DNA of 64,000 nt from Candidatus Pacearchaeota archaeon. Its GTDB lineage: Archaea > Nanobdellota > Nanobdellia > Pacearchaeales > GW2011-AR1. Where the stretch lies: assembly GCA_041651235.1 (NCBI GenBank), contig JBAZJQ010000001.1, forward strand, positions 302,449-366,448, given 5' to 3'. This document shows positions 28,801 through 36,698 of this stretch, in pieces; position 1 is the first letter of the stretch, and every line of letters starts with the position of its first letter. Both the position numbers and the translations under genes were made by a program. The notes beneath the pieces were generated by a model. The model ran no database searches. It was not told where the DNA came from and saw only the letters and a list, made by a program, of their open reading frames with translations.

Positions 28801-30543
28801 AAATTGTATCTTAATGGAAATTTAAATTCTCAAAAATTAGTTAGTGGAAAAATCTTAAATGATAATTCTGGATTAATTATTGGAAAGGGTTCTTTTAGTG
28901 ATTTGGCTACTGGACTTGTTGATGAGGTTATGATTTTTAAAAGAGCATTGGATGAAAATGAAGTTAAAGCCCTTTATGCAAATAAAACATTGGATAACTT
29001 AAAAACTAGTTTTACTAATTTATCTGCAGGAAATTATACGATGAAAGCATATTCTCAAGATAGTTATGGGAATATTAATTCAACTGAAGAAAGAAGTGTT
29101 AAAGTAACAGGACTTGTTGCTCCGGAAATTCTTTATATTACCCCGATGAGTGAAGTAGTTTATCCTGATGAAGATAATGGGGAGGGAGCTACTGCCACTA
29201 GAATTTTAGATAAGATTATTTTTGGGGTTACTGATGGAAATGGAGCTATTGATTTACCGAATAGCGGGATCATAGCTTCAGGATATATTGAACATACTCC
29301 TAATACTCCTTATGGTTATACTGATGTGGCTCATACCCGAAGATATTTTAATGGGGTGGACTGTGCTTTTAGAGGACTGATTGAAGAAGGAGGAAAAGAA
29401 TATTCTTGTGATGTGAATATTTATTATTATGATGATGCTGTTGACTGGAGTGTTAATATTACTAGTTTCAAAGATTTATCGGGATTAGAAGCTTCAAATC
29501 TTCCTTATTCTATGAATGGAGCTTTTAAAATTGGAGAGAGAAAGGGAGTTTATTTGTCAGAAAACATTTTAGATTTTGGGAATGTGAATAAATCTGTTCT
29601 TCCTGTTGAAGCATTAACCCCGATGATTATAAAAAATACTGGAAATAGGAATGTCGATGGAATTAGTAAATTACTCCAATTTAGAGGAAGAGATTTAACT
29701 GGAGAAACCTATACCGAACAAAAAATTTCTACTGAAAATTTCCAAGTTAATTTAGATAATCCCACTCCCTGTAGTCCTAGCAGTCAGTTTATAACTTTAA
29801 CTGATAAAATTGATAATCCTGCTGGAACTTTATTTAATGGTTTGATTTTACATAATGGGGATTTAGTTTTAGGAGATGCTCAAAATAATGTTTATTTTTG
29901 CTTAGCTAGTTTAATTGATACTCCTTTGAACAGTCAAACATATTCTACTATTCAAACAGGAGATACTTGGGAAATTAATGCAATTAGCTTATTTTTGATT
30001 AAGTTAATTAGATTTAATTTAGGAATAATTTTATTTGCAGTTGGAATAAGAATAAAGAGAAAAAAGAAGTTAGTTACAGAAGACAGATTATTAGATGTTC
30101 TAGAATCTAAACTAGAAGATAAATATGGGATTAATATTGAAGAATTGCTTTCTGAAATTAAAAAGAAAAAAGAAAAAGAAATCGAAGTTCCTTTGATAAT
30201 CTTTAGAAAAAGTATCGGGCCTGCTGAAATCTTATGTAAATACCTTAGAGAAAATAAAAAATTAAGGTTTAGTGAAATTGCTAAGCTAATTAATAGAGAT
30301 GAAAGAACTGTTTGGATTAATTACAGAAATGCTCAGAAGAAAATAAAAGGAAAGATAGAAATACAAAAAAGTTTAGTTATTCCAATATCTGTTTTGTCAA
30401 ATAAAAAATTGAGTATTTTAGAATCAATAATAAATTATCTAAAAGAAAAAGATTTGAAGAATTCTGAAATAGCAGAAATATTAAACAAAGACCAAAGAAA
30501 TATCTGGACATTGTATTCAAGAGTTAAGAAAAAAATAAAATAG
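22813..30543 (+). CDS. giant (2576 aa) LamG / beta-helix surface protein with cytoplasmic double-HTH tail
   Basis: N-terminal coiled coil plus TM. Four LamG_3-like modules (each ending DEVMxF.R.L...E...LY). PbH1-type beta-helix repeats (NITNSKINSTGNRYAIRANNNSNTYISDSIF...). C-terminal TM, then two LuxR/sigma-r4-like HTH motifs. Confidence 0.88.
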   Translation: MNEKIRKLEERKLKLLKNIDYTKKKKQEIIDFTQKLVGEYIKGRISRAQYESQLSKTLNNKTPEQWVRYYEEYIESYEKQIDICDKEIKKEKSRRINNKTVSVLLIGIVLVSLILFIFSSYFFGPAIINKFSGISQGTQTSLSQAQNEIQTPELLPEQAIPAEELALTGVFMNGQDISSSVKQFPAVAGMPVRWKAKVDLNENSALVLPNEAENIVVKENGKEVTNEISVDKKSFLGIFNKRTEVSVTDSDNYEINYETPAPQISAENFENRGAIKISGPDNLGYTNVLSYVEIPGQLKMSEINKLKFYWIKNGIRTEHKYVAYDLNEDGFVDTIEWITPHLSEQTFEWIIEISNAEHLDSNKEFISDIYEQVKEQDDIWSEQINNNEYVRVRFRQALDNTRDITIYARKTGSDESEKSTIEVYSENGNNLIARFENINQENWYKIYLNNLPGGESYDVFDLKIIGNVEFDYIVDPIVIPSYSEQLISEGNFYHLNISNSAPYNQLYLYHNFDVDGTNIPSWDNKGTPDSTFGAVYNSSGLYGGARTFNGNTYLSNLRTELQFSNPGQYTWMMWIKRSSLTNKEALFNFAFSRAWDAGGSITIGSVLEDDKLYFNNLYGGDYIRSSGTIEGGWTHVAVSYNNGAIALYINGNQDGSGTLNCMGSEGYDLNIGGDSFGALDYNANEGIYFKGEMDEVMVFRSALTSTQISDIYKNQSNRFIISGSQNFGNQSLLNISGSPISVLGDYKNISSYINLSVGYYTGQWYSTNTQVFNGDNLFDTHPLSTNLTLNFTFYSGSNNGNYNFYSPILFSDVDVSKGSVDTTPPAINFTYPTPANASKIYADNFVVNVSASDVGKGDNNISTFIDFNRSLVGWWRMDDVNGNIVYDNSNYGNDLSVRNGAYQTNGFLGNGFGFDGVDDVLVNNSKINGLAIGGGNATISVYAKINQDYDVFKGIFEYGRASGDSYGIWRNASDTFHCRFGYGGAANWQDTIDSVQMFYPNQWYHILCTMQDIGNGNFEYKIYINGKLDNTKVRIPNSWISLEKSLAIGAYGYGDGELFNGTIDEVMIFKRVLNENEIKTLYANYTAKNLSVSFNNLKIGNNYTFKAYSQDIKGNVNLTEKREVEISAPGDLIADCSGTDPYTNQDWIIKDNTLCENVNIKLSQDRILAMYEGGNLTLKNVSLTLDPSSDKFLIYVEDNSKINITNSKINSTGNRYAIRANNNSNTYISDSIFYDMGASNAQPYQGVINAYDNVYVLIKNNSFFNIGGIFKYSGALTGPTQRIFLYNNQVINYSSDCIRSYYGKGIVVENLSCYNGALYGSGIRLQYYNSNLTFKNINITNIIDDGIVILDGADNLSFENINLINVSDLRHQGYHGSGVNLYQNTGNITDILFKNIFSTVNDITSEDGIDEAVQIGNGGVGKILNVTFIGCNFSSVGSYPVGVNAKDSYINFINTSLNSDLGNKFSYESTSKNVTINVKWYYWGYAKDEIGFPVQGVNISAFNKSNNLQFSSLTNGNGLVNKELIDFIDFVNGSGSQNRSYYSNYTINASYLDYPNKTISHNMTYEHNVYDEFVFLIPDRHAPAINFTYPTPANNSIVYTDNFVVNVSASDIGRGDNNISTFIDFNRSLVGWWRMDDFCVVCGKNGRGDYLSYWKLDDSFSDGVANDEKGINNGKIYGATQIIDPQRGEVARFDASASNYINVGNNSNLEISNAISISGWIKLEGTAVTQRLVSKKVSSGAQTGFEVEIYTYSFDPRLRFYAQGNTYANAYYNWNSNPGWHHIVAVANGNEGRLYVDGVDRTTDSTIDPILSNNLNLTIGRQSGTGAAPFEGLMDDIRIYDFALTPGEVLEIYNSESNCDPGFCDYSDYGTNCLVVGGATQTSGKIGKALNFPLNSFLNCTNDLDFNITKEITLSLWVNAPSLPADNQEISILRNEESGYNLIIGNEEVDGIIAPIRFEIRNASSGTNQYQKIYSNSDISPNTWYNVIATYDGNLMKLYLNGNLNSQKLVSGKILNDNSGLIIGKGSFSDLATGLVDEVMIFKRALDENEVKALYANKTLDNLKTSFTNLSAGNYTMKAYSQDSYGNINSTEERSVKVTGLVAPEILYITPMSEVVYPDEDNGEGATATRILDKIIFGVTDGNGAIDLPNSGIIASGYIEHTPNTPYGYTDVAHTRRYFNGVDCAFRGLIEEGGKEYSCDVNIYYYDDAVDWSVNITSFKDLSGLEASNLPYSMNGAFKIGERKGVYLSENILDFGNVNKSVLPVEALTPMIIKNTGNRNVDGISKLLQFRGRDLTGETYTEQKISTENFQVNLDNPTPCSPSSQFITLTDKIDNPAGTLFNGLILHNGDLVLGDAQNNVYFCLASLIDTPLNSQTYSTIQTGDTWEINAISLFLIKLIRFNLGIILFAVGIRIKRKKKLVTEDRLLDVLESKLEDKYGINIEELLSEIKKKKEKEIEVPLIIFRKSIGPAEILCKYLRENKKLRFSEIAKLINRDERTVWINYRNAQKKIKGKIEIQKSLVIPISVLSNKKLSILESIINYLKEKDLKNSEIAEILNKDQRNIWTLYSRVKKKIK
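25283..25449 (+). repeat. intragenic direct repeat, copy 1 (167 bp)
   Basis: Matches 27557-27723 at a constant offset of 2274 bp, with about a dozen mismatches by eye. Encodes PPAINFTYPTPAN...NFVVNVSASD.G.GDNNISTFIDFNRSLVGWWRMDD. Confidence 0.85.
27557..27723 (+). repeat. intragenic direct repeat, copy 2 (167 bp)
   Basis: See copy 1. The last ~107 bp differ at only about 4 positions. Confidence 0.85.
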
Positions 30544-30595
30544 AGAAACTCTTAATTTGCGAAATATTTATAAATAAAGAGTTTCTTTATGAGTT

Positions 30596-31585
30596 ATGAA
30601 AAGAGAAAAAAGAGTGTATTTAGGAATTGCTGTTTTAGGTATTGTGATTATTTCTTTGAGTTTAGTAAGTGCAGGATGGTTTAGTGATTTATTAAAATTT
30701 GGTTCTGATGATAAAAATTTAGAAGGAGAATTGCCTAATGCTAATTTTGATACTAAAGTAATAATAAAAGATGATACTCCTCCTCAGATAGTTTTTGTAA
30801 GTGATGTTAAAGGAGAAATAGCAGCTCCAGCAAATAATCCTAAACTTAGATCAAAACCTGGAGGAGATACCCCTCTTAATTTTACTTTTTTAGCTCAACA
30901 AGGAGGGCCTCAACCAGGAAATTTAGAAATTGTACCAGGTCTTGCTCCTACAACAGGGTATTTTAATAAATCTGGAGAAGCTCAAAGAAATATTATCTCT
31001 TGTTATATTTTGGGGGTAGTTAGTTTTGGTGCAGGAACTGCTGTTAATTATTCTTGTAAGGTTAATATGTCTTATTATGATGCGCCCGGTATTTGGAGTA
31101 TAAATGTAACTATCCAAGATAATAATAATCAAAAAGGAAGTAATAGTACTAAAACATTTACAGTACAAACTACTTCTTCAGCAAGTACTTCTGCTAATGC
31201 TTATTTAAATTGGACTGGTTTAAAATCTACAAATACGAATATCCCTTCAGATAATAATTTAAGTATCTTAAATGAGGGAAATGTAGCTTATGCTTCTGTT
31301 TCTATGAATGGAACAAATTTGACAGGACAAGGAGCTCACCCTGAACAATTTATTTTAGTTAATCGGTTTAAAGGAGATGTTGGGGCAGGATGTGCTGGAG
31401 GAAATGCGCTTGAAAATAACCAAATAGTCTCTTTTGGGACTTTTTCTGTACCTAGGAGTACAACAGGTACAGATTCAAAAAAAGATTTACCTTTTTGTAT
31501 AATTGATTTTGCAGGATCTGGAATTTTAAGTAATCAAGAATATAAAAGTATAAGACAATGGGAGATTATTTTCCCAATTTCATAA
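30596..31585 (+). CDS. secreted / anchored surface protein (hypothetical)
   Basis: N-terminal signal anchor (VYLGIAVLGIVIISLSLVSAG). Ser/Thr/Asn-rich mature part with many NxS/T sequons. Confidence 0.65.
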   Translation: MKREKRVYLGIAVLGIVIISLSLVSAGWFSDLLKFGSDDKNLEGELPNANFDTKVIIKDDTPPQIVFVSDVKGEIAAPANNPKLRSKPGGDTPLNFTFLAQQGGPQPGNLEIVPGLAPTTGYFNKSGEAQRNIISCYILGVVSFGAGTAVNYSCKVNMSYYDAPGIWSINVTIQDNNNQKGSNSTKTFTVQTTSSASTSANAYLNWTGLKSTNTNIPSDNNLSILNEGNVAYASVSMNGTNLTGQGAHPEQFILVNRFKGDVGAGCAGGNALENNQIVSFGTFSVPRSTTGTDSKKDLPFCIIDFAGSGILSNQEYKSIRQWEIIFPIS

Positions 31586-31586
31586 A

Positions 31587-32168
31587 ATGGTAAATAAAAA
31601 TAAAATAAAAATGAGAATCATGCCTTTAGTTGGAACTTTAATTTTAGTTTTAACACTAAATTTAGTTTTTGCGTTTAGCCCGATTTTAGGATTTAGTAAT
31701 GATGCTCCTTTAACTGTTTATGCGGGAGAATCTAAAGAAATGGCTTATAATATCTATGCTAATCCTGAAGAAGGAAATTTGAAAATTAAAGCAGTAATAA
31801 CTGAGGGAGGCAATATTGCTTCTATAATGGATAGTAATAATATTTATGACGTATCTAATGCTAACCCCGGAATAACCAATATTAAAATTAAGGTTCCTTC
31901 AAGTGCGACTATTGGAACTGAATATACTGTGAAATTATTATTTTCTGATGAAACTCCTGCAACTGGAACAGGAACAGTTAGTTTAAATGTTCAGGCAACT
32001 ACTTCCTTTAAAGTTAAAGTTGTAGAACCAACAGAACAACCGGTTGCTGAAGGAACAAGCATCTGGTGGATTATACTTGCTATTGTTGTTATAATTGCAG
32101 TTATTGCAGTTATTTATTTCCTTGTAAAAGGAAATGAACAGTCTGTTAAGAAAGTTTCTAAGAAATAA
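31587..32168 (+). CDS. small surface protein with signal peptide and C-terminal TM anchor (paralog 1)
   Basis: Signal LVLTLNLVFA, C-terminal IWWIILAIVVIIAVIAVIYFLVKG. Paralogous to 32469..33038 (GTEYTVKLLF vs GTEYYVKIKF). Confidence 0.7.
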   Translation: MVNKNKIKMRIMPLVGTLILVLTLNLVFAFSPILGFSNDAPLTVYAGESKEMAYNIYANPEEGNLKIKAVITEGGNIASIMDSNNIYDVSNANPGITNIKIKVPSSATIGTEYTVKLLFSDETPATGTGTVSLNVQATTSFKVKVVEPTEQPVAEGTSIWWIILAIVVIIAVIAVIYFLVKGNEQSVKKVSKK

Positions 32169-32468
32169 TTATAAAAAAAGATTTTAGTAATATAAATATT
32201 AAAACAATGAGAAATCTGTTGTTAGCTTGATGTCAGCATTATTATTGTTTGTTTTGATAATACATAAATATTACTTATAGTTTATTGTTTAATTTATTAA
32301 GATATAAGATATGTAGATGAGAAGATTAAGAGATTTAGGATATTTTGCTTTGAATTAAGAATATAATTTTAGTGAAAACAGATGACTTGTTATTTGTCCT
32401 AATAAATTATAGATATCTTCTTCATTTTAAATAGTTAAGAATTTAAACTAAGTTATCTTTTTTAATTT

Positions 32469-33038
32469 ATGAAAAAGAGTTGGATATTCATTTTATTAAT
32501 TAGTTTTGTTAGTTTGATTAGTTTAGTTAATGCTGTTTCAGTAGGAGGACCTTATTCTGAAGATAGACCATTAATAATCTCTCCTGGTGAAACAAAAATA
32601 TTTAATTTAAGTTTGCAAAATAGGGCCGGAGAGGTTGATGTTAAATTTAGAGCAGAAATTATAAATGGTTCAGATATAGTTAGCTTTATAGACTCTAATC
32701 CTGAATATTTTATTGCTGCATCTCCCACTAGTGAGGCCTTTGTAAACCTTAAAGTTAAAGCCCCTAAAGCAAAAAATGGAACAGAATATTATGTTAAGAT
32801 TAAATTTCAATCTATACCGTTAGATACTGATAAGCCTGGAATGGTTCAAATAGCAGTTGGTTTATCCTGGGAATTTAATGTAATCCTCATAGAAAGTCCT
32901 GAATATAAGGAGGCTCAACGAATTAGGCTATTATGGATAATTTTTTCTCTTGCGTTAGTTCTAGCGGTTATAATTGTTATTTATTTGCTTGTAAGGGGTT
33001 ATGACTCTGATAAGAAGTCTTTTTCTAGATATTCATAA
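32469..33038 (+). CDS. small surface protein with signal peptide and C-terminal TM anchor (paralog 2)
   Basis: Same architecture and shared blocks with 31587..32168. Confidence 0.7.
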   Translation: MKKSWIFILLISFVSLISLVNAVSVGGPYSEDRPLIISPGETKIFNLSLQNRAGEVDVKFRAEIINGSDIVSFIDSNPEYFIAASPTSEAFVNLKVKAPKAKNGTEYYVKIKFQSIPLDTDKPGMVQIAVGLSWEFNVILIESPEYKEAQRIRLLWIIFSLALVLAVIIVIYLLVRGYDSDKKSFSRYS

Positions 33039-33069
33039 GATTATTAAACTAAATTTTCTTTTTTAGATT

Positions 33070-33735
33070 ATGAAACTTGCAGTATTGTTTAGTGGAGGAA
33101 AAGATAGTTGTTATGCTACTTATCTTGCTAAAGGCTATGGACATGAATTAGCTTGTTTGATTAGCGTTTATAGCGAAAACAAGGAGAGTTTTATGTTCCA
33201 TACACCTTCTATTGATAAAACCGAAAAACAAGCTGTTGCTATGAATCTGCCTTTGATAATTGTTAAAACTAAAGGGGAAAAAGAAAAAGAACTTATTGAT
33301 TTAGAAAAAGCAATTAAACAGGCTATTAAAAAATATAAAATACAAGGAATCGTAACTGGTGCTGTTGAAAGCGTTTATCAAGCATCTCGAATACAAAAAA
33401 TATGCAATAAACTTAAAATCGAGTGTTTTAACCCTTTATGGCAAAAAAATCAGATCGAATTGCTTAATGAATTAATTAAACATAAATTTGAAGTTATTAT
33501 TGTGGGAGTTTTTGCATATCCTTTTGATAATAGATGGTTGGGGAGAAAAATTGATAAAGGATTTATTCAAGATATAAAAAAATTAAATGAAAAATATAGA
33601 ATAAATCCTGCTGGAGAAGGGGGAGAGTTTGAAAGTTTTGTTTTAAATTGCCCTTTATTTAAGAAAAAAATTAAAATTAAAAATTCTAGAGATTTTGGAG
33701 AGAAAAATTCATGGAGGAGAGAGTTAGAATTATGA
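33070..33735 (+). CDS. dph6: Dph6/MJ0570-family PP-loop ATP pyrophosphatase (diphthine-ammonia ligase-like)
   Basis: MKLAVLFSGGKDSCYA PP-loop, SFMFHTP, GIVTGAVESVYQ, NPLW, PAGEGGEFESFVLNCPLF. Confidence 0.85.
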   Translation: MKLAVLFSGGKDSCYATYLAKGYGHELACLISVYSENKESFMFHTPSIDKTEKQAVAMNLPLIIVKTKGEKEKELIDLEKAIKQAIKKYKIQGIVTGAVESVYQASRIQKICNKLKIECFNPLWQKNQIELLNELIKHKFEVIIVGVFAYPFDNRWLGRKIDKGFIQDIKKLNEKYRINPAGEGGEFESFVLNCPLFKKKIKIKNSRDFGEKNSWRRELEL

Positions 33736-34274
33736 AAATTATGATTATTAATATTTGTAAAGAAAAATTCCATTATTTGGAGTTTGTAAAGCCTATTGAA
33801 GATATTTTGAAAAAAAATAAGATAAATTATTTTGTTAAAAGTTATTTAGAAATTAATAATCGAGAGTTAAATGTTGCTGATAAAGTTATTATTTGCGGAA
33901 CTTCTCTCTTAGATAATGATTATATCGAATATTATGATAATTTTAATTGGCTATTGAATTTTAATAAGCCTGTTTTAGGAATATGCGGAGGCATGCAGAT
34001 AATTGGAAGATTATTTAATGGAAAACTTTTGAAGAAAACTGAAATTGGATTTTTTAAAGAAAACTTTAAAAAAGATTTTCTTGGTTTGATAAATGAAAAT
34101 GAGGTTTATCATTTGCATAATTATTATATTAAATTTTTAAAAAAAGATTTTAAAATTTATAGCGATGGGAGCATTCCTCAGGGAATTAAACATAGGGAGA
34201 AAAATATTTATGGGGTTTTGTTTCATCCAGAAGTTAGGCAGAAGCATTTAATAACTAATTTTTGTTTATTATAA
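33732..34274 (+). CDS. class I glutamine amidotransferase (GuaA GATase-subunit-like)
   Basis: Nucleophile elbow LGICGGMQ and GVLFHPE His/Glu block. I place the start at the ATG at 33732, which overlaps the Dph6 stop (ATGA), rather than the track start at 33711. Confidence 0.75.
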   Translation: MKIMIINICKEKFHYLEFVKPIEDILKKNKINYFVKSYLEINNRELNVADKVIICGTSLLDNDYIEYYDNFNWLLNFNKPVLGICGGMQIIGRLFNGKLLKKTEIGFFKENFKKDFLGLINENEVYHLHNYYIKFLKKDFKIYSDGSIPQGIKHREKNIYGVLFHPEVRQKHLITNFCLL

Positions 34275-34275
34275 T

Positions 34276-35472
34276 ATGAAAGAGGTAGAGTTTCATAGAA
34301 AAAAATTAGATAATGGAGTTACAGTTATATTTGAAAAAAGAAAGATCCCTGTTGTTGCTGTTGCCAGTTCTGTAAAGTTTGGAGCCCAATATGAACATGA
34401 AAGTGTCAAAGGAATATCCCATTTTATTGAGCATTTAGTTTTCAAGGGAACTAAAAAGAGAAGCGTGATTGAGATACCGAGACAAATTGAAAGCAAAGGA
34501 GGAATATTGAATGCATTTACTGGGGAAGAAATAACTTGCTATTGGAATAAAATGCCTAGTAAACATTTTGAGTTAGGCGCAGATATCTCTATCGATCTGG
34601 TATTAAATCCCTTATTTGAAGAAGAAGCATTAGAAAGGGAGAGGAAAGTTATTTTAGAGGAGATAAAGATGTATCATGATAATCCCAGCACTTATGTTTT
34701 AGAAAAAATAAAAGAAATGTTGTATGAAAAGCCATTTAATATGTCTATTGCCGGAACTCAAGAAACTGTTTCGGGGTTAACTAGGGAGCGTGTAATTAGT
34801 TTGTTTAATTCTATTTATACTTCTAATAATATGGTTTTTTCAGTTGTTGGAAATACTAGCTGGAGTGATGTTTTAACACAAGCTAAAAAATTCCCGAAAA
34901 TACAAAGTAAAATTTCTCCGATTCCTATTCTACATACTCATGGAGAATTAATTGAAAAGAGAAAAGGAATTGATCAGGCGCATGAAGTTATTGGATTGCA
35001 TATGCCTAAATTAGGTGATAAAGGAAGATATGCTGCCGAAATTTTTGATTCTATTTTAGGTGGAGGAATGAGCAGCAGATTATTCCAGGAAATAAGAGAA
35101 AAAAGAGGATTGTGTTATTCTATAAGAAATAATTTGGAACAATCAAAAGATTATTCTTATGAAATGCTTTATTTTGGAACTGTTAAAGAAAAAGTAGATG
35201 AAATAAAAAGATTAACTTTAAAAGAAATTAAGAAAATAAGATGGCTAGGTAAAAGTGATTTTAATGAAGCTAAAGAAAGATTAATTGGTTTAAGGCAGAT
35301 TAGCAAGGAAAAATGCGATTTAACCATGATTGAATTATTGCAATCAGAATTAGGTGGAAACGCAGAAGAATATTACAAATATGAAGATAGAATAAATTCT
35401 GTTAAATTAGATGAAGTTAGGATGCTTTCAAAATTAAAGGGTTATAGCTTTGTGGCTTTATTGCCTGACTGA
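34276..35472 (+). CDS. M16 (pitrilysin) family zinc peptidase
   Basis: HFIEHLVFKGT (HxxEH), downstream ERERKVILEE. Confidence 0.88.
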   Translation: MKEVEFHRKKLDNGVTVIFEKRKIPVVAVASSVKFGAQYEHESVKGISHFIEHLVFKGTKKRSVIEIPRQIESKGGILNAFTGEEITCYWNKMPSKHFELGADISIDLVLNPLFEEEALERERKVILEEIKMYHDNPSTYVLEKIKEMLYEKPFNMSIAGTQETVSGLTRERVISLFNSIYTSNNMVFSVVGNTSWSDVLTQAKKFPKIQSKISPIPILHTHGELIEKRKGIDQAHEVIGLHMPKLGDKGRYAAEIFDSILGGGMSSRLFQEIREKRGLCYSIRNNLEQSKDYSYEMLYFGTVKEKVDEIKRLTLKEIKKIRWLGKSDFNEAKERLIGLRQISKEKCDLTMIELLQSELGGNAEEYYKYEDRINSVKLDEVRMLSKLKGYSFVALLPD

Positions 35473-35538
35473 AATTACTTTAAGTTTTCTGATTTCTTTT
35501 CTAATTATTCAAATATAAAAAATAAAAATTAATTAATT

Positions 35539-35736
35539 TTATTTACTGAAGATTTTAACTAATCCCCAGATACCACACAAAGCAACAATATAGTAAACAA
35601 TTGAAACTACTGTAGCTCCTGCCCAACTTCCAATTAGTTTGTCTACTGCGTTCCAACCAAGTTCATTTAGACCCCAGTTGATAGCTCCAATATTTGCTAA
35701 AACTATTGCAGTTTTATTATACCAAGTCATTTTCAT
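35539..35736 (-). CDS. DUF378-family small membrane protein
   Basis: IGAINWGL..LGWNAVDKL signature, two TMs, 65 aa. Confidence 0.8.
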   Translation of the reverse strand: MKMTWYNKTAIVLANIGAINWGLNELGWNAVDKLIGSWAGATVVSIVYYIVALCGIWGLVKIFSK

Positions 35737-35802
35737 TACCTCCTTTTTATTATTATTTTATATAGGAAAAACCTATTTAAATAGATTTTGTTTTAGGTTT
35801 CT

Positions 35803-36594
35803 ATGGAAATCATCAGAATTAGGTTAGTTAATTCACTTGGAAAAACAAAAGGATGCGAAGAGGCCCCGGTTGAAGTTTTAAAAGAACTAAAAAAAATTGG
35901 GAGCAAAGAAAATGGAGAAATCATTGAATTTAGTAAATTAAACTTAGAAGAGATACATGTCGATTTAAATGATTTAGAAGAAGCAAATCATTTGATTTAT
36001 AAAAATTCAGAAGAAGCTTTCCACAAGAATGATAAAGTGTTTTTTATCGGAGGAGATCATAATATTAGCTATTCTATTGGAAAGGCATTTAATAAAGTGG
36101 AACACAAACCTCTTTTAATTGTTTTTGATGCTCATGCAGATTGTATTGAAGCTGGAAAAGAACCAACTCATGAAGAATGGCTAAGAAAATTAATTGAAGG
36201 GGGATTTAATCCTAGCAATTTGATTTTAATTTCAGCTAGAAATTTATGGCAAGAAGAAATTGAATTTTTAAATGAACATAAAATAACCTGGATTAAAATG
36301 GATTTAATTAGAGAAGATATCCATGAAATTTGTGATTTAGTTATGGAAAGAGCTAAAGATTCAAGCGGGTTTTATATTAGTATTGATATCGATGCTGTTG
36401 ATCCCAGCTGTGCTCCTGGGGCAAGTTATTTAGAGCCAGGAGGATTATCCAGCAACGAATTAATTTATTTTGTCAAGAGATTAAAATTAATAAAGAATTT
36501 TAGAGGAGCAGATATAGTTGAGATTAATCCTTCTTTAGATGTTAATAGGATGACTGTGAGATTAGGAGCGAGATTGTTAGCGGAGATGATGTAA
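35803..36594 (+). CDS. ureohydrolase (agmatinase/arginase family)
   Basis: Mn-site blocks GGDHNISY, VFDAHAD, SIDIDAVDP. Confidence 0.85.
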   Translation: MEIIRIRLVNSLGKTKGCEEAPVEVLKELKKIGSKENGEIIEFSKLNLEEIHVDLNDLEEANHLIYKNSEEAFHKNDKVFFIGGDHNISYSIGKAFNKVEHKPLLIVFDAHADCIEAGKEPTHEEWLRKLIEGGFNPSNLILISARNLWQEEIEFLNEHKITWIKMDLIREDIHEICDLVMERAKDSSGFYISIDIDAVDPSCAPGASYLEPGGLSSNELIYFVKRLKLIKNFRGADIVEINPSLDVNRMTVRLGARLLAEMM

Positions 36595-36698
36595 TAAATT
36601 ATATAATTTTTATAATATGCAAATCTTATACTTTTTGCAGATGAGTAGATAAAAATATTTATAATTAATTATTAATAATTGGAGAGAGATATAAAATA

